Shown: positions 21,716 to 32,996, numbered from the stretch's first letter. The stretch: DNA of 64,000 nt from Candidatus Latescibacterota bacterium (GCA_965198115.1 OZ240241.1:7456001-7520000), one strand, 5' to 3'. Translations and numbers: made by a program. The notes: generated from the sequence alone by a model not told the origin.

Positions 21716-21830
21716 CTTGCCGCGGCTCCTCAAACGCTTTGACCGCTACGATGCCCTGATCCTCGACGACATCGGCTAGCACAGCCGGGAAGAGATGGAG
21801 ATTCTCTTCGCGCTGCTGTAGGCCGCTCAG
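21716..21830 (+). pseudogene. IS21 IstB helper ATPase fragment
   Basis: LPRLLKRFDRYDALILDDIG*HSREEMGILFALL (Walker B). Confidence 0.65.
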
Positions 21831-22283
21831 AACCCCTCGAGGTGGGCGCTGGCGCTGATAAAGTCCGAACTTGGCCACCGCTTGTAACCCCATTGCTTGA
21901 TCCAGTATCGTTCCCGTAGGAACTTTGACCGATCTCGTTCGAGAACATCCGGCCAAGGACGGGCGCTATCAGCGCCGCCGACGCGAAGAACGCCGGGGCC
22001 TCGCTCCAGAATCTTCATTCTGTCGGTACTGGTAGTGCCGCCAACCTCAACGCTCATGCTTCTCTTTTTGTTGGGGACGTTATGGACGAGACGCGAGGCG
22101 ATTTGCCCGGATTGTTGACCCGAAAGGGGGCAGGGCGTTTGCTGTCCGCAATGTTGTCGAACGCGATGTATAGCTGAGTGAGCGAGATCTTGTAACGGCT
22201 GCCACGAATCACGTGTAAGCCGCCCGCACAACAGCTTTCGCTCGTGGAATAGCCTAGGAACGGCCCTCTATGCTCCACTTCGC

Positions 22284-22613
22284 CTAGCTAGTGAGAACCC
22301 TGTAGAGCAGGCCGAAGACGGTCGTGGCGAGCAGACCTATTAGCGGCCAGATCACCCGCTGTAGAACGTCGATCCGTGCGGTTTGGGCTTTGATTTCAGC
22401 CCGGATTTCGGCACCTTGGGAGTCGATCTTGACTGCGAGGATGTCGATCTGGGCCTTGAGTTCGGTGATCTGGGCTCCAAGGACAGCGATGACGTTCTGG
22501 CTGGCTATTTGGCGGACTTCCTCGATGGCGGCATGGACCACCTGGGGGTCTGGTTTGGGGCTGCTCAGAGCTTGAAAGAGCGCATCGGTAACGGGTTCAG
22601 CCGGGGTTGCCAT
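22284..22613 (-). CDS. Small coiled-coil protein with a C-terminal transmembrane helix
   Basis: ATG 22613 with AAGGAG; heptad region followed by IWPLIGLLATTVFGLLY. Confidence 0.6.
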   Translation of the reverse strand: MATPAEPVTDALFQALSSPKPDPQVVHAAIEEVRQIASQNVIAVLGAQITELKAQIDILAVKIDSQGAEIRAEIKAQTARIDVLQRVIWPLIGLLATTVFGLLYRVLTS

Positions 22614-22745
22614 CAGAAATCTCCTTGTTGGGGGCCAAATCGAACAGTTCTCGATCCCGTATTTCTGATAGTATTTCGCCCCCTCCCGCAAACAACCCGA
22701 GAGAAGTGGCATGGCCGCTCCTGACGCCTGTGCGGAGCAACGCTG

Positions 22746-25700
22746 TCAACCCAGGACCATCGTCTGATTCTTAGACTGCGGCGGCGTATAGGTCAGCCCG
22801 AAGACGTTATCCGTCAGCCATCGCCGGAATCCCTCGTTGTCTGTGAACTGCTTGAAGAGTTGCATGTCGTCGTTGAGCACGGCAGTCATCACGCGCCTCA
22901 GGGCTTCGTCATGCTCGATCCGGGCGTTCTGCCTGTCGGAGTTCTCCCGGGCGTTGCGATAGGCGGTGTCCTCGGCAACCTTGGCCGGAATCTCCTCTGT
23001 AATGAGGCGTCGAACGCGGTCCTCATCCTCCCAGAGGATGTGTCCAAACTGATCGTTGAAGGTCTTGAGGATGTTCGAGAGCCGTTCGAGTTCGGTTTCC
23101 GCCCGGTGTCGGCCGCCGGTGGTCGGTAGCGGCTCGATCTCGGCGTCCTCGTCCGCCAGTTGGACGTGTATCGCCGCCTTCTTCTCGACCCGGTAGCTGT
23201 CCATGTCGATGGACTCGAGGATGCCTTTGGACAGATCCTCTTCCACGGGCGCGGGGAGCTTCGGCACGAGGAAGTTCAGGAAGATCGAGAGCTTCTCCCA
23301 CTCGGCGTTCGTGTACGGCAGGATCGAGGCGAGGAAGCCGTACGCGCGTACGAACGCCTTGCCCTTGCCCTTGAAGTTCACCTGCCCGTCCTCGTCGAGC
23401 TGCTCCTTGTAGACCGCGACGCAGGCATCGAGGATGGGGTCGAGCTGGTCGCGGTCGGCCCCATCCAGGTAGAGCGTCACGAGCCGGTCGACCTCCGCGT
23501 CGGCATACACCTGATAGCCGTCGAGCTCGGCCTTGAGGTCGTGCAGCTTGTTGGGATCGGTTTCCTCGCTGAGGATCGTCGTCCGGTAGTAGTCAGCGAA
23601 CGCCTCCTGGATGGTATCGGCATCGTTCATGAAGTCGAGCACGAACACGTCGTGTTTCTTCGGGTGCGCCCTGTTGAGACGCGACAGTGTCTGCACGGCC
23701 TTGATCCCGGACAAGATCTTGTCCACGTACATGGTGTGCAACAGCGGCTCGTCGTAGCCGGTCTGGAACTTGTCGGCGCAAATGAGGAACCGATACGGGT
23801 CCCGCTGGATCTCGTCGGCGATTCGCCCGGACGGGAAGCCGTTGAGGGACACCTCACTGACCTTCACCTCGCCATACTCGTGCTCGCCCGAGAAGGCGAC
23901 GATGGCCCGGTACGGGCTCTTGCGCTCCAGCAGATACTGCCGGATCGCGTGGTAATACTGGATCGCGCGCTCGATGCCGCTCGTCACCACCATCGCGCGC
24001 GCCTTGCCGCCGATCTTGTTGAGCGCCAGCACCTGTTCGTGGAAGTGGTCCACCATGATCTCGGCCTTGAGCCGGATGGCATGCTCGTGGCTCTCGACGT
24101 AGCGGCGCAGCTTCTTCCGGGCGCGCTTGGTGTCGAACTCGGGATCCCCCTCGATCTTCTTGATGAGCTTGCAGTAGCTCGCGACTGGCGTGTAGTGCCG
24201 CAGCACGTCCAGGATGAAGCCCTCCTGGATCGCCTGCTTCATGGTGTAGCTGTGGAAGGGGCGGTGCCTGGTCTGCCCTTCCGCGTCGTATGCCTCGCCG
24301 AAGATCTCCAGCGTCTTGTTCTTGGGCGTGGCAGTGAAGGCGAAGTAGCTCGCGTTCGGGAGGAGCCTCCGCACGGCCATGATGCGGTTGATCGTGTCTT
24401 CGGTGGTCTCGTCGTCCTCCCCGGCACCCACCTCGGAGAGCGCCATGCTGACCGCTGCCGAAGTCTTGCCGCCTTGGCTCGAATGCGCCTCGTCGATGAG
24501 GATGGCGAAGCGCCGGCCCCGCTGCTCGTTCCCGATCGCGTCGAGGATAAACGGGAACTTCTGCACCGTCGAGATGATGATCTTCTTGCCGCTCTCGATA
24601 AACCTGCGGAGGTCACCCGAGCGGTCGGCATGGCCAACGGTGGCCCCGACTTGGGCGAACTGCTTGATGGTGTCGCGGATCTGCTTGTCGAGGATGCGTC
24701 GGTCGGTGACCACGATGATGGAGTCGAACACCGCCGCGTCGTCCTTCCTGAGCCCGATCAACTGGTGGGCGAGCCAGGCGATGGAGTTGGACTTCCCGCT
24801 GCCGGCCGAATGCTGGATGAGATACCGTTTCCCGGCGCCGTGCCGGCGCGTGTCAGCCAAGAGCCGACGCACCACCTCGAGCTGGTGGTAGCGCGGCCAG
24901 ATCTGCTCCTTCCTCTTCTTGCCCGTCTTCTCGTCCTTGGTCTCGACGATCTGCGCATAGTTCTCCAGGATGTTGGTCAGCCCGTCGCGGGTGAGCAGGC
25001 GCGTCCAGAGGTAGTCGGTCTTGAGGCCGTCCGCGTTGGGCGGGTTCCCGGCACCGTCGTTCCAGCCCTGGTTGAAGGGTAGGAACCACGAGGTCTTACC
25101 CTTGAGGTGCGTGCAGAACCGCACTTCGTGGTCGTCCACCGCGAAGTGCGCCACGCAACGGCCAAACTCGAACAGCTTCTCGCGCGGGTCGCGATCGCGC
25201 TTGTACTGCTCCACCGCGTCCTCGACCGTCTGCTTGGTGAGGCTGTTCTTCAGCTCGAAGGTGGATACCGGCAGGCCGTTAATGAACAGGCCGAGGTCAA
25301 GTGCGCGCTGAGTCTCATCACGGCTGTAGCGGAGCTGGCGCGTGACGGAGAAGCGGTTCTGCGCGTAGCGTTCAGCGGCGGCGGGGTTGCCGGGAGACGG
25401 CGTGCCGTAGAAGAGTTCGACGTGATGCGGCCCGTCCTTGACCCCCTTGCGGAGCACGTCGATGACTCCGCGCCTGCTGATCTCGCCCTGGAGCCGGGCC
25501 AGGAACTTCCGGCGCCCTGGGCCATCATCTTCCAGGTGCAGGCCCTCGAAGGCATCCGGTTGCGTTTCGACGAGGAACGCCAGGAGTTGTGCTAAATCGA
25601 CCGTGTACTCGCGGTCGTAGCCGTTGGGCGCGCCGCAGATCCATCCGGCCCCACCCGAGGGGGAGATGGCTTCGCCTTCCAGATCTGTCTGCGACAATGT

Positions 25701-25775
25701 GGCATCGCAGGGATTGCCGGTCAGAGCGGTGCAGATCAGCCGTTCGAGGCCGCGTTCGCTGGTGTCGGTCGTCAC
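22746..25775 (-). CDS. hsdR: Type I restriction enzyme R subunit
   Basis: DLGLFINGLPVSTFELKN nuclease motif, QHSAGSGKS, IDEAHS, FTATP, TGYDEP, QTLSRLNR. Confidence 0.95.
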   Translation of the reverse strand: MTTDTSERGLERLICTALTGNPCDATLSQTDLEGEAISPSGGAGWICGAPNGYDREYTVDLAQLLAFLVETQPDAFEGLHLEDDGPGRRKFLARLQGEISRRGVIDVLRKGVKDGPHHVELFYGTPSPGNPAAAERYAQNRFSVTRQLRYSRDETQRALDLGLFINGLPVSTFELKNSLTKQTVEDAVEQYKRDRDPREKLFEFGRCVAHFAVDDHEVRFCTHLKGKTSWFLPFNQGWNDGAGNPPNADGLKTDYLWTRLLTRDGLTNILENYAQIVETKDEKTGKKRKEQIWPRYHQLEVVRRLLADTRRHGAGKRYLIQHSAGSGKSNSIAWLAHQLIGLRKDDAAVFDSIIVVTDRRILDKQIRDTIKQFAQVGATVGHADRSGDLRRFIESGKKIIISTVQKFPFILDAIGNEQRGRRFAILIDEAHSSQGGKTSAAVSMALSEVGAGEDDETTEDTINRIMAVRRLLPNASYFAFTATPKNKTLEIFGEAYDAEGQTRHRPFHSYTMKQAIQEGFILDVLRHYTPVASYCKLIKKIEGDPEFDTKRARKKLRRYVESHEHAIRLKAEIMVDHFHEQVLALNKIGGKARAMVVTSGIERAIQYYHAIRQYLLERKSPYRAIVAFSGEHEYGEVKVSEVSLNGFPSGRIADEIQRDPYRFLICADKFQTGYDEPLLHTMYVDKILSGIKAVQTLSRLNRAHPKKHDVFVLDFMNDADTIQEAFADYYRTTILSEETDPNKLHDLKAELDGYQVYADAEVDRLVTLYLDGADRDQLDPILDACVAVYKEQLDEDGQVNFKGKGKAFVRAYGFLASILPYTNAEWEKLSIFLNFLVPKLPAPVEEDLSKGILESIDMDSYRVEKKAAIHVQLADEDAEIEPLPTTGGRHRAETELERLSNILKTFNDQFGHILWEDEDRVRRLITEEIPAKVAEDTAYRNARENSDRQNARIEHDEALRRVMTAVLNDDMQLFKQFTDNEGFRRWLTDNVFGLTYTPPQSKNQTMVLG

Positions 25776-27232
25776 ACCGTAGCCTCCTCGGGGGTGGTGT
25801 CGAGGCCGTCGCGGGGCTCTTCCTCACCGTTGATGATGACTTCAGCCTCGTCGAGCGGCTCCAATTCCTCGACCTCGTCCGGTAGCTGGGCGGCTGACTC
25901 CCGAACGTCGAGCTTGCCGGTGACCACGTCTGCGATGAGGCGGGTACGGTATTCGCGGAGGAGGGAGATTTCTCGTTGAGTTGACGTGGTCGCCGTATCA
26001 AGGTCTGCGGTGGCTTGATCCAAGAAGGACACGATGGCCGCTTGCTCCTCAGACGGGGGCCAACCCAGCAAGATGTTACCGACAGTGTCTGTGTTGAGAT
26101 TAAGTTGGGTTCCAAGCTTTCCAAGCCGAGCGAAAGGAGTACCAGACGCGAAGACCCGATAGAGAAAATCGGCGTCGCCGTTGAACTGTGGGAAGTAGAC
26201 GAACCCGTCGTGGATACAGCACTTGATGCGGGTGATCATCGGTTTTCCCACCGAGCCAGCGATGCTCAGAAACAGTGCGCCTGGTTCGAGCAGCACGCTT
26301 AGCGACTGGCCGAGCACGGAGAGCCGCTGTGTGGTGCGCTCAAGATAGCGGCTGCTGGCCGTAACGTCGGCGATGCGCACCCATGCGTACTCACCATCAT
26401 CGTCAAAGTACTTCGGATCGGCAATGGGCCTGGGTGATGCCCCGCGCTTAACCAGCGACAGACTCTTCACCCGCCGAACCTCCCAATGCTCCGGCACGTC
26501 CCCCAGCCACTCCACACCGGAGGACTTGAGGCGGACGTTGGGGTCGAGGCCGCGCGTGACGGCGCGGTGGATGACGGCCTGCTTCTGCTCCTGCAGCAGC
26601 GTGATCAGCTTCTGCTTGGCACGGATGTAGCGCCGGATGCGCCGGTCGGCGTGGTCGAGGAAGCGGACGATGGCAGCTTGTTCTGGATAGGGCGGAATGC
26701 AGACCTCGAACGTTCCCAGCCTTGTCTCGGCAATCGCTGGATATGCGATACCCACTGCCTCTGCCGTAACGCGGTTTGTGAACGGATCACTCTGGCAAAA
26801 ATAGCTCGTGAACCTCGGGAACGTGCCGCGTCGCGGCGTCAGCACTGCAAAACCGGTTGACGCGACTAGATCATCACCCGTGTGTTCCGCGTGCCAGACA
26901 GCTTTCAGATAGGTCCTCACCGTCGAAACGATCGTATCGCCGGGCCTGACGACACGCCTTGCCCGAGACGGTGAGTTTCCGAATCGAATCCGTTCGGGCT
27001 TTGCGGTCAATCGGCCAGTCGCAACTGACCCGATGTCCAGGTACTCGAATGTGTACTCTGGATCAGTGTCTTCCGACAGGACGAATTCATTGACGTCCAA
27101 CCAGCTCTTGAGTCTCCGCACCTCCCACTGCGCCGGCACCTTTCCCAGCCACTGGACACCGGAGTCCTTGTAGGCCTGGTACGGCTTGAGTGCGCGTGCC
27201 GCGTCGCGGCCGAGTTCACAGGTCGAGTTCAC
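25772..27232 (-). CDS. hsdS: Type I R-M specificity subunit
   Basis: Two target-recognition domains, each opened by K.SGV.WLG.VP..WEV and closed by PP..EQAAIV.FLD. Confidence 0.92.
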   Translation of the reverse strand: MNSTCELGRDAARALKPYQAYKDSGVQWLGKVPAQWEVRRLKSWLDVNEFVLSEDTDPEYTFEYLDIGSVATGRLTAKPERIRFGNSPSRARRVVRPGDTIVSTVRTYLKAVWHAEHTGDDLVASTGFAVLTPRRGTFPRFTSYFCQSDPFTNRVTAEAVGIAYPAIAETRLGTFEVCIPPYPEQAAIVRFLDHADRRIRRYIRAKQKLITLLQEQKQAVIHRAVTRGLDPNVRLKSSGVEWLGDVPEHWEVRRVKSLSLVKRGASPRPIADPKYFDDDGEYAWVRIADVTASSRYLERTTQRLSVLGQSLSVLLEPGALFLSIAGSVGKPMITRIKCCIHDGFVYFPQFNGDADFLYRVFASGTPFARLGKLGTQLNLNTDTVGNILLGWPPSEEQAAIVSFLDQATADLDTATTSTQREISLLREYRTRLIADVVTGKLDVRESAAQLPDEVEELEPLDEAEVIINGEEEPRDGLDTTPEEATV

Positions 27233-27458
27233 GGAGAAGCTCCTCGACGGTCATTTCGTGGTGCTGGGCAACGCTCTTCAGGATGCTCGATAGCGTCTTC
27301 ACCCTGATCGGAGTGTGCAGCGGGATCACCTCATGATGTTCACCGTTGATCTGCGTCGTGATTCGCACGTGGGAACCCCGCTGTCGCACGGTGTCGTACC
27401 CCAGACGTCGAAGCGACGCTTGCAGCGTCGCGCCGCTCACGTTCCGGGGCAACTTCAT
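27216..27458 (-). CDS. hicA: HicA-family mRNA interferase toxin
   Basis: LRRLGY..VRQRGSHVR...EVIPLH...TLSSILK. Confidence 0.85.
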   Translation of the reverse strand: MKLPRNVSGATLQASLRRLGYDTVRQRGSHVRITTQINGEHHEVIPLHTPIRVKTLSSILKSVAQHHEMTVEELLRELDL

Positions 27459-27667
27459 GCCACGAGAACCTCGTCCCGCACGAAGTGCAACCGAATCAAC
27501 TTCGGTCGCGGCATGGTGTCGTCGAAGTAGCAGTCGACGGCCTCCTTGACGTTGCTGCGGATCTCCTCGACAGACTCGCCCTGGGTGTGAATGCCGTGCC
27601 CGAGCGCGCTTGCCGAATACCCGCCGTCTGCTTCGTCTTCGGTGATTTCGAAGATGATCTCAGTCAT
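27455..27667 (-). CDS. hicB: Short HicB-family antitoxin
   Basis: EIIFEITED..DGGYSA...IHTQGESVEEIRSNVKEAV; ATGA overlaps with both hsdM and hicA. Confidence 0.8.
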   Translation of the reverse strand: MTEIIFEITEDEADGGYSASALGHGIHTQGESVEEIRSNVKEAVDCYFDDTMPRPKLIRLHFVRDEVLVA

Positions 27668-30600
27668 GCAGTCGTCTCCCGCTGTTCGCCGCCGCCGAGA
27701 ATCTCGGCCAGCAGCCCTTCCGTCTCCTGCTCCAGCGCCAGAATATCCGCCCGAATCTCTGCCAGCGTCCGCATCGGCTTCGGCTTGTAGAAGTAGCGCG
27801 TAAAGCTGATCTCGTAGCCGACCTCCACACTGTCCGCGTGGTACCAGGCGTCGGCCGCGTACGGCAGGACCTCGCGGCGCAGGAACGCCTCAATGCCGCC
27901 GTCTTCCTGCAACGGGATCTGCTCGGTGTCGCGCAGGTCGGTATCCGGCTCGTACTCAACCACGCGGCACTTGCCTTTTACTGTGGATTCGACCAGACCA
28001 CGGATCGAGTCCGGCTCCATCCTGCCCGGCTTGTGGATCTTCTTGATGACGGGTTCGGCCGCCTCAGCCCGCGTGGCCAATGACGTCTGAAGCAGCTTGC
28101 TTCGCTTGGCCGTCAACTTGACGCCATGCTCGGAGATGTCCGTCTCGACGGCAGCCATGAAGCGATTGAAGTCGAGGTGAGGTCCGGCGCCTAATGCCTC
28201 GGTCACCCGGTCGACGACGTTGGCAATCGGCTCTTCCTGCGCTTCCCTGCATGCGGCGCGGAAGCGCAGGCGTTGTTCGGGAGACAGATCGACGGTCACC
28301 TTCCAATAACCGAAGGCCCGGTTCGGGAAGATCTTGGATTGCTCGGTTTCCTCAAACGCCAGGAACGTATCGCAGATGCGTTGGATGTCCTCCTCCGACA
28401 GCTCGCAGTTCTTCTTGCCGAGGTTCTTGCGCAGCGGCTCGAACCACTGCGTGGCGTCGATGAGCTGCACCTTCCCGCGTCGATGGGAGGGTTTACGGTT
28501 GGTCAGCACCCAGATGTAGGTGGCGATGCCGGTGTTGTAGAACATGTTGAGCGGGAGGGCGACGATGGCCTCCAGCCAGTCGTTCTCGATGATCCAGCGG
28601 CGGATGTTGCTCTCGCCCTGCCCGGCGTCCCCGGTGAAGAGCGAGCTGCCGTTGTGTACCTCGGCGATGCGGCTGCCGAGCGGGGTATCCTGCTTCATCT
28701 TGGAAAGCTTGTTGGCGAGGAAGAGCATCTGGCCGTCGCTGGAGCGGGTCACCAGAGAGTACTCGGGATCGCCCGCATGCTCGATCACGAAGCGCGGGTC
28801 GCGCATGTCCTTCTTGCCGCCCATACGCTCGAGATCGCTCTTCCAGTTCTTGCCGTAGGGCGGGTTGGAGAGCATGAAGTCGAACTCGCGGGACGGAAAG
28901 GCGTCGTTGGAGAGCGTCGAGTGTTCCGGCCCCCCGACGATGTTGTCGGCGGCTTCTCCCTCCCCCTTGAGGAGGAGGTCCGCCTTGGCGATGGCGTAGG
29001 TTTCGGAGTTGATCTCCTGGCCGTAGAGATGGGCGGCGACCTACTTGCCGCGCTGCCCGGCGATCTGCGTCAACGTCTCCTCGGCCACCGTCAACATGCC
29101 GCCGGTGCCGCAGGTACCGTCGTACACCAGGTAGGTCCCGGAGTCGATCCGGTCGGCGACAGGCACGAAGACCAGCTTCGCCATGAGCGTCACGGCATCG
29201 CGCGGGGTCCAGTGCTCGCCGGCTTCCTCGTTGTTTTCCTCATTGAAACGGCGGACCAGCTCCTCGAAGATCGTGCCCATCGCGTGGTTATCCAGGCCGG
29301 GTTGCTTGATCGACCCGTCGCCATGGAGGACCGGGTGAGGACTTAGGGTTTGCCACGAAATAAGTGCTGCACTTTTCAAGGTAATGATCTTACGCTCGGA
29401 GTGTGGACGTCGAAACTCTCCGAACGAAGTATGAAGCCTTGGCTCCGGTGCTGACGGAACGCACGCGTCGTCTGTGGGCCGCCACGGAAGCCGAAGCGTT
29501 GGGTCACGGTGGGATCGCGATTGTGGCTCTGGCGACAGGAATGTCCAGAGAGCGGATCTTTCGTGGCATTCAGGAGTTGAGGTCGGACGAACCTTTGGAC
29601 CCGGCTCGCATCCGGCGTCCAGGCGGCGGTCGTAAGCGGAAGGCCGACACGGACCCGACGCTGTGGCAGGACCTGAATGATCTGGTCGAGCCAACGACTG
29701 CGGGGTCGCCTGACGACAATCCTCTGAGATGGACATCGAAGAGCACTCGCAAACTGGCCGCCGAGTTGCAAGCGATGGGGCATTCGGTGAGCCCCAGGAT
29801 CGTTGCCAATCTCCTGCACGAACACGATTACACGCTGCAGGCGAATCGGAAGACAAGGGAGGGATCTGCACACCCGGATCGGGACGCTCAGTTCGTTTAC
29901 CTCGATGATCGGATTAGCCAGCAGCAGCAGCAGGGCCTTCCCGTTATCTCGGTGGACACCAAGAAGAAAGAGTTGATCGGCGACTTCAAGAATCCTGGCC
30001 GAGAATGGCGACCCAAGGGAGACCCGGAGCGTGTGAAGGTACACGATTTCATAGTGCCTGCTCAGGGCAAGGCGATCCCTTATGGAGTGTATGATCTGAG
30101 CCGTGATGAAGGCTGGGTAAGTGTCGGTATCGATCACGACACGGCCAGCTTCGCCGTGAATGCGATCCGAAGTTGGTGGAAGAACATGGGACGGCCCGCC
30201 TACGGCACTTCGACGCATCTGCTAATCACGGCGGACGCAGGCGGCAGCAACGGCGCCAAGACGCGGCTGTGGAAGTGGGAGCTGCAGCGCTTTGCGAATC
30301 GCACTGGCCTGACGATCACCGTATGCCACTACCCTCCTGGCACTAGTAAGTGGAACAAGATCGAACATCGCCTGTTCTCCTTCATCGCTATGAACTGGCG
30401 AGGCAAGCCCCTGGTCAGCCTGGCTGCAACCGTGAATCTCATTGCCGGAACGACCACTCAAGCCGGTCTCCGAGTACGCTCCGAGATCGACAAGCGACCC
30501 TACCCTAACGGGGTCAAGGTGACCGATGAACAGATGACCCAAATCGATCTCACTCCGCACGATTTCCACGGCGACTGGAACTACACGATCCGGCCAATGG

Positions 30601-31114
30601 CTCAACATTGAGATCGACCGTTTATTTATTCGCGAACCCTAAGGTTCACGTCCGGCGAGAGGAACTTCTCGATCAGCGTGCCGAGGGCGTCGACCTTGGA
30701 CAGGCGGGGAATCTGGTTCCGAAACTCGAACTTCTCCAGGATGTCCTGGACGTTCGGCGAGAAGCCGTCGAGATAGGCCTCGAAGTTGGCCTTGAGCTGC
30801 TGTTGGCTGGCACGGGCCTTGAGATCGCGTAGCGTGAACTTCGAGGTATTGTAGAACGCCTGGCCGGCGGCCTGACGCAGTGCCTGGTCCTGGTGGATGA
30901 TCTTCGCCTTGTCGAGCGAGGTCTTCATCTCCAGCACCGCCAGCGTGCTCGGCTCAAGCACTGCGTCGAGCCTCCGCAATACTGTCATCGGCAGGATCAC
31001 GTCGCGGTACTTGCCACGGACGTAGAGGTCGCGCAGCACGTCATCCGCGACGCCCCAGATGAAGTTGGCGATCCAGTTGAATTGAGGGTGGTCCACGGGC
31101 CTCCTATTTCTCAA
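27664..31114 (-). pseudogene. hsdM: Type I R-M methyltransferase subunit, split by ISAzo13 and a nonsense codon
   Basis: ANFIWGVADDVLRD...DVNL, then IS, then SPHPV...YDGTCGTGGML; in-frame TAG at 29043-29041; NPPY motif. Confidence 0.92.
29346..30639 (+). mobile_element. ISAzo13-family element, copy 1 (transposase 29403-30611)
   Basis: IRs GGGTTTGCCACGAAATAA and GGGTTCGCGAATAAATAA; ISVDTKKKELIG, ADAGGSN, PPGTSKWNKIEHRLF. Confidence 0.93.
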
Positions 31115-31128
31115 GCGCAGCTTCGGCC

Positions 31129-31341
31129 TCAGGGAGATACACGACCTGATAGGTCGGGCTCACAGTGGCCGCGTTGCAGCACGTGGACCATGTAATCGTA
31201 GGTCTCCGGGCTCATCACCACGAGGGCGGCTTCGCCGTTCTGTGTGATGGTCTCGACCGCGCCGTCTTTCACTCTGGCCAAATGGTCTTTCATGTGCTGG
31301 CGAAGGTGGCTGAGTGGGTAGGTGTCTTGCGTTCGGTGCAT
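31129..31341 (-). pseudogene. Phd/YefM-family antitoxin, probably truncated, with no cognate toxin
   Basis: PLSHLRQHMKDHLARVK...ITQNGEAALVVMSPETYD. Confidence 0.7.
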
Positions 31342-31427
31342 CGTAAAAACTCCGTGGTTGTTATGAATATATACTTAATTCAGTATAACACGGCGTTTGC
31401 CGCTGTGAAAACCGAAGAACGGATGCC

Positions 31428-32801
31428 GAGTTCAGGTCAATAGGTGTGTAAAAGAAATCAGGCGGCCATCTTCCCGGCTTCGACCTGCGGTCCGGTTGAG
31501 TGTTTCTGATCGTAGACTTGTTGTAGCAAGTGTGGCGCGGTGAGTTTCCTGAATCGGCTCTCTGCGACCTTGAGCGTACGCCAGATGAGAGCCGTGGCGT
31601 TCCTGACTTTCTTGAATCGCCTGGCGGCGTTTGTGCGAAGCCGAACGGAAGCAAAGGGGCTCTCGACGACGTTCGTGGTTCTCAGGTGTTTCCAGTGTTC
31701 CTTCGGGAAGTCGTAGAACGTGACCATCCGATCCCAGTCTCTTTCGAGCGTCTCCACGGCGGCAGGGAACTGTGAGCGATACCGTGCGGCAAAGCGTTTC
31801 CGGAGCTTCTCGGCCTCCTTTTTCGTGCCGGCATAGGGGATCTGGACGAGCAGTGCGCGGGCTTCAGCCTGTGCACGCTTGGCGACCTTGTCGAGCACGT
31901 TGAGGATCTTGTGGTTCCAGCACCGTTGTTGCCGGCTCTCTGGCCAGACCTGATCAACGGCCGCCCAGATGCCCATATTCCCGTCCGCGGCGATCAGGAC
32001 AGGATGTTCGAGCCCGCGATCCCGGAGATCCCGTAGCACCGTGAGCCAGGATTCTGTAGACTCTCGATAACCGGGTTCTATCGCCAGGATCTCCTTGCTG
32101 CCGTCGCTCATCGCGCCGATCACGACCAGCAGACACGCCTTCTCGCGCTCGAGCCCGGCTTTGACGTAGATGCCATCAGCCCAGGCGTAGACCAGTTCGC
32201 GATTATCCAGACGCCTTTCTTTCCAGTCCTGGAAGTCGACCTCCCACTTCCCTCGAAGACGAGCGATCGAGGTCGGCGAAAGCGGCGCGCCATCACCGAG
32301 CAGCGCACGCAAAGACAACTCGAAGTCGCCCTGGGAGAGACCGTGGAGATAAAGGTCGGGAAGCAGATCTCCAATGGCCCTGGTTCTCCGGGCGAACAGG
32401 GGGAGGATGCGGCTTTCAAACCGCTCTTCCAGACCACGAACCCGGGGACGCCGGACCTTGATCGTTCCGCAGCTCGTCGAGAGACGCCGGGGCTTGCCGT
32501 AGCCGTTCCTGTAGCCCCTGGAGCTATCGACCTCGGCTCGGCGCTCATACCACGACCGGCCCAAGAACGCGGTCGCCTCCTCCTCCAGAATGGACTGGAA
32601 CCGGCCCTGGATCTCTTCACGGATCCAATCGTCAACCGTCTCCCACGTCGGCATGGACTTCAATGGGACTCTATGCGTATGTTCCTTCACGGCGATCCTC
32701 CTTCCCAACCGGGCCTCTCACCCGGTTTTGTGTGAATCAACTATCTCACGGGAAGGGTAGGGTCGCCCTTTCTCTTTTTCCACACCTTTTGATTATAGCT
32801 C
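31428..32801 (-). mobile_element. IS256 type B, copy 2 (transposase 31458-32708)
   Basis: Near-identical to copy 1; 8-bp TSD CGGATGCC. Confidence 0.95.
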
Positions 32802-32996
32802 CGGATGCCCTGGTTCTGAAGCTCGGTCTGCGTGCCGTCGACCTGCCCGCCAACGAACGCCCCGATACCGAGTGGGACTGTCGGGGTACTTTTGCGGCAC
32901 CGGAATGGGCAGGGAGAGAGGGGAGCCGTCTGGCAGGATGGGACTAGCCTTCCCTTGTCTTGAATCGAAACCTTTGCGGCTCAAGATGATCTTCAT
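32802..32996 (-). pseudogene. N-terminal fragment of an Nmad3-like (nucleotide-modification-associated domain 3) protein
   Basis: MKIILSRKGFDS...SPILPDGSPLSLPIP is the characteristic N-terminus; cut by IS256. Confidence 0.65.

Noticed and set aside
23160-25082. Long antisense ORFs (also 4309-6090, 45358-46758, 51589-53535, 28273-29346)
   Set aside because: Shadow frames of high-GC genes with no recognisable motifs.
1239-29043. Stop-codon recoding suggested by several in-frame TAG/TGA codons (1239, 5515, 8306, 21777, 29043)
   Set aside because: The same genes or regions carry frameshifts and IS insertions, the stops are of two types, and intact genes end in TAG (16710, 40823) and TGA. Ordinary pseudogenisation explains them.
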